A stretch of DNA of 32,000 nucleotides from Pseudomonas aeruginosa. Its GTDB lineage: Bacteria; Pseudomonadota; Gammaproteobacteria; Pseudomonadales; Pseudomonadaceae. This document shows positions 29,927 through 32,000 of the stretch, piece by piece. The notes under the pieces are model-generated. The model had not been told where the DNA came from. It saw only the letters and a list, made by a program, of their open reading frames with translations, and did no database searches. Every line of letters starts with the position of its first letter. The stretch's first letter is position 1. The translations under genes and the position numbers were made by a program. Location: contig NZ_LN831024.1 of assembly GCF_001457615.1 (NCBI RefSeq), positions 870,001-902,000 on the forward strand. The letters run 5' to 3'.

Positions 29927-30757
29927 ATGACCCTGATCGACAACGCCGCCGGCCTCGGCCTGAGGCGCGGCCTGCTTCCGCAACTGCTGGCGATGGCGCC
30001 CGGCGCGGTGGACTTCCTCGAATGCGCGCCGGACAACTGGATCGGCGTCGGCGGTGCCTTCGGTGCCGACCTGGAGCGCCTGGTGGAGCGCTTTCCACTG
30101 ACCTGCCACGGTCTCTCGCTGTCCCTCGGCGGCTCCACACCGCTGGATGCCGCCTTCATCGAGCAGACCCGACGCTTCCTCGTCCGCCACCGGGTCGCGT
30201 TGTACAGCGAGCACCTCAGTTACTGTTCCGACGATGGCCATCTCTATGATCTGTTGCCGCTGCCGTTCACCGAGGCCGCGGTGCGTCACGTCGCGGCGCG
30301 CATCCGCGAGGCGCAGGAACGCCTGGAGCGGCGCATCGCGGTGGAGAACATTTCCTACTATGCAGCGCCGTACCGGGAGATGAGCGAGATCGAGTTCGTC
30401 AACGCGGTACTCGACGAGGCCGACTGCGACCTGTTGCTGGACGTCAACAACCTGTTCGTCAACGCCTGCAACCACGGCTACGACGCCCTCGACTTCCTCG
30501 CCCGGCTGCCGCCCGGGCGGGTCGCCGTCTACCATGTGGCGGGGCACTACGACGAGGCGCCGGACCTGAAGATCGACACCCATGGTGCCGCCGTGAAGCC
30601 CGGCGTCTGGGCCTTGCTTGGAGCCGCCTATCGTCGCTTCGGCGTGCGCCCGACCCTGCTCGAGCGGGACTTCAACTATCCGCCGCTGGGCGAACTGCTG
30701 CTGGAAGTGGAGCAGATCCGCCAATGGCAACGCGACGAGGGACGCCGTCATGGATGA
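29927..30757 (+). CDS. DUF692 family multinuclear non-heme iron oxidase (MNIO; MbnB/HvfB/BufB-like)
   Basis: 276 aa; [91 protein letters not shown]. Confidence 0.93.
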   Translation: MTLIDNAAGLGLRRGLLPQLLAMAPGAVDFLECAPDNWIGVGGAFGADLERLVERFPLTCHGLSLSLGGSTPLDAAFIEQTRRFLVRHRVALYSEHLSYCSDDGHLYDLLPLPFTEAAVRHVAARIREAQERLERRIAVENISYYAAPYREMSEIEFVNAVLDEADCDLLLDVNNLFVNACNHGYDALDFLARLPPGRVAVYHVAGHYDEAPDLKIDTHGAAVKPGVWALLGAAYRRFGVRPTLLERDFNYPPLGELLLEVEQIRQWQRDEGRRHG

Positions 30758-31505
30758 GCGCCTGCGCCAACAGCAGTTCAGCCTCGCCCGGCACCTGCGC
30801 GACCCGCTTGGCAATGCGCCGCCGCCGGACATCGAAGAACGTCGCCTGCGGGTCTACCGCGAGCTGTTCTACAACGCCATCGAAGGCCTCCTTGCCAGCG
30901 GCTTCCCGCGCTTGCGCGGGCTGCTTGGCGAGCAGCAGTGGCATGGCCTGGTGCGCGAGTTCTATCGCGAGGAGAGAAGCCATACCCCCCTGTTCACCCG
31001 TATCGCCGGGGTCTTCGTCGACTACCTGCGGCAGCGGGGCGAGTATCGGCCGGCGTGGCAAGCCGAGTTGGCCCACTTCGAATGGAGCGAAACGCGCCTC
31101 TACCTGGCCGAGCCCGACGATCCGCCGTATCGGCGTGAAGGCGACCTGCTCGACGGGGTGCCGCTGCTGTCGAGCCTGGCGCTGCCGCTGGGCTATCGCT
31201 GGCCGGTGCATCGGCTCGAAGAGGACGTCGCGCTCGCCGAAGCGCCTGCGGAACCGACCCTGCTGTTGATGCACCGCGATTCCTCGCATCGCGTGCATAC
31301 CGCGCGCCTGACTCCGCTGGCCTACCGCCTGCTGGAGTCGCTGGCGAGACGGCGCCTGAGAGGGCGCGAGCACCTGGCGGCGCTGGCGCTCGAGGCGCGG
31401 AGTGCGCCCGGAGCGCTCGACGCGGCGGGGCTGGAGTTGCTGGCAGCGTTGCGGACCCAGGGTGTCGTGCTCGGAACCCTGGAACGCGATTGGGCGGGCG
31501 GATGA
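30750..31505 (+). CDS. DUF2063 family MNIO partner protein (HvfC/BufC-like)
   Basis: 251 aa from [60 protein letters not shown]; start overlaps the MNIO stop by 8 nt. Confidence 0.9.
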   Translation: MDERLRQQQFSLARHLRDPLGNAPPPDIEERRLRVYRELFYNAIEGLLASGFPRLRGLLGEQQWHGLVREFYREERSHTPLFTRIAGVFVDYLRQRGEYRPAWQAELAHFEWSETRLYLAEPDDPPYRREGDLLDGVPLLSSLALPLGYRWPVHRLEEDVALAEAPAEPTLLLMHRDSSHRVHTARLTPLAYRLLESLARRRLRGREHLAALALEARSAPGALDAAGLELLAALRTQGVVLGTLERDWAGG

Positions 31506-31533
31506 CGACGCAGCCCTTGTGGAGTCGATGCAT

Positions 31534-31568
31534 CGGCGGATAGCGCCGTTGGCGCTATCCGCCCTACG
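31534..31568. repeat. REP-type palindrome, copy 1 of the terminal cluster
   Basis: C-GGCGGATAGCGCC-gtt-GGCGCTATCCGCC-CTACG, perfect 13-bp arms. Confidence 0.85.
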
Positions 31569-31590
31569 TGGTGGGTGGGACGGTCTTGGT

Positions 31591-31622
31591 GTAGGGCGGA
31601 TAACCGCTTGCGGTTATCCGCC
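31591..31622. repeat. REP-type palindrome, copy 2 (opposite orientation relative to the CTACG/GTAGG tail)
   Basis: GTAG-GGCGGATAACCGC-tt-GCGGTTATCCGCC, perfect 13-bp arms. Confidence 0.85.
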
Positions 31623-31640
31623 GGGGTGGGTCCGGTGTAT

Positions 31641-31675
31641 CGGCGAATAGCGCCGTTGGCGCTATTCGCCCTACG
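31641..31675. repeat. REP-type palindrome, copy 3
   Basis: C-GGCGAATAGCGCC-gtt-GGCGCTATTCGCC-CTACG, perfect 13-bp arms. Confidence 0.85.
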
Positions 31676-31705
31676 CGGTGGGTGGGATGGTTCTGGCTTG
31701 CTGTG

Positions 31706-31740
31706 AAAAACCCCGGAGGCGATCGCGTTCCGGGGTTTTT
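31706..31740. terminator. Strong bidirectional rho-independent terminator
   Basis: AAAAACCCCGGA-ggcgatcgcgt-TCCGGGGTTTTT, 12-bp perfect stem with A-tract and T-tract. Confidence 0.9.
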
Positions 31741-31757
31741 CCGTGGCTGGCCGAATC

Positions 31758-32000
31758 CTAGCGGGACAGGCCCAGGCGCCGCCCGAGCCAGTGGTCCAGG
31801 CTCAGCTTCCCCGCCCCCGCCAACAGCAGCGGCAGCAGCGCCGCCAGGTAGATCGCCGGGAGCTTGAAATTGCCGAAGCCGTGGTCGGTGATCGAGTAGC
31901 CGCGGGCCAGTTCCGCCAGGCTCGACCACTCCGCCGGCCAGTGTACGGCGGCGGTCGCCACCAGAGTGACGACGATCAGCACCAGGGCGGTCAGGCGGGT
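31758..32000 (-). CDS. DoxX-family membrane protein, C-terminal part (gene continues off the right edge)
   Basis: Frame open to the right edge: ...[76 protein letters not shown]. Confidence 0.82.
   Translation of the reverse strand, partial: TRLTALVLIVVTLVATAAVHWPAEWSSLAELARGYSITDHGFGNFKLPAIYLAALLPLLLAGAGKLSLDHWLGRRLGLSR

Noticed and set aside
31531-31680. Possible CRISPR-like array at the right end because of repeated palindromes
   Set aside because: Only three elements, in alternating orientation with non-uniform spacing, matching REP-type dispersed repeats; no cas genes.

Overview
The whole window has the gene content and order of a Pseudomonas aeruginosa chromosomal segment. I recognise it as the PA4131 to PA4104 neighbourhood from memory, not from a database search. 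In order it contains: a ccoG-like gene (partial); a CysI-like nitrite/sulfite reductase with a DUF934 partner; the homoprotocatechuate (4-hydroxyphenylacetate meta-cleavage) cluster hpaI/H/X/F/D/E/G2/G1 with AraC-type regulator hpaA; aph(3')-IIb; a periplasmic ClpP/crotonase-like protein; bphP/bphO (bacteriophytochrome and heme oxygenase); ppnN; an acetyltransferase; a SotB-like MFS transporter; a large hybrid sensor kinase; ampC/ampR; and an HD-GYP protein. The most interesting locus is at the right end (about 29.0-32.0 kb). There a secreted double EF-hand protein carries four EGKCG motifs and is followed by a DUF692/MNIO enzyme and an overlapping DUF2063 partner, with a convergent DoxX-family gene. 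This has the layout of an MNIO-modified, copper-binding RiPP (oxazolin/bufferin-like) system with an unusual EF-hand-fused precursor. Other points of note are a cluster of REP palindromes with a compensatory base change inside a ~107-bp tandem duplication, an upstream ORF with a possible SD-sequestering hairpin ahead of the acetyltransferase, paired inverted repeats upstream of hpaA, and a small ORFan-like gene between ampR and the HD-GYP gene. No tRNA, rRNA, CRISPR array, prophage or transposase gene was seen.
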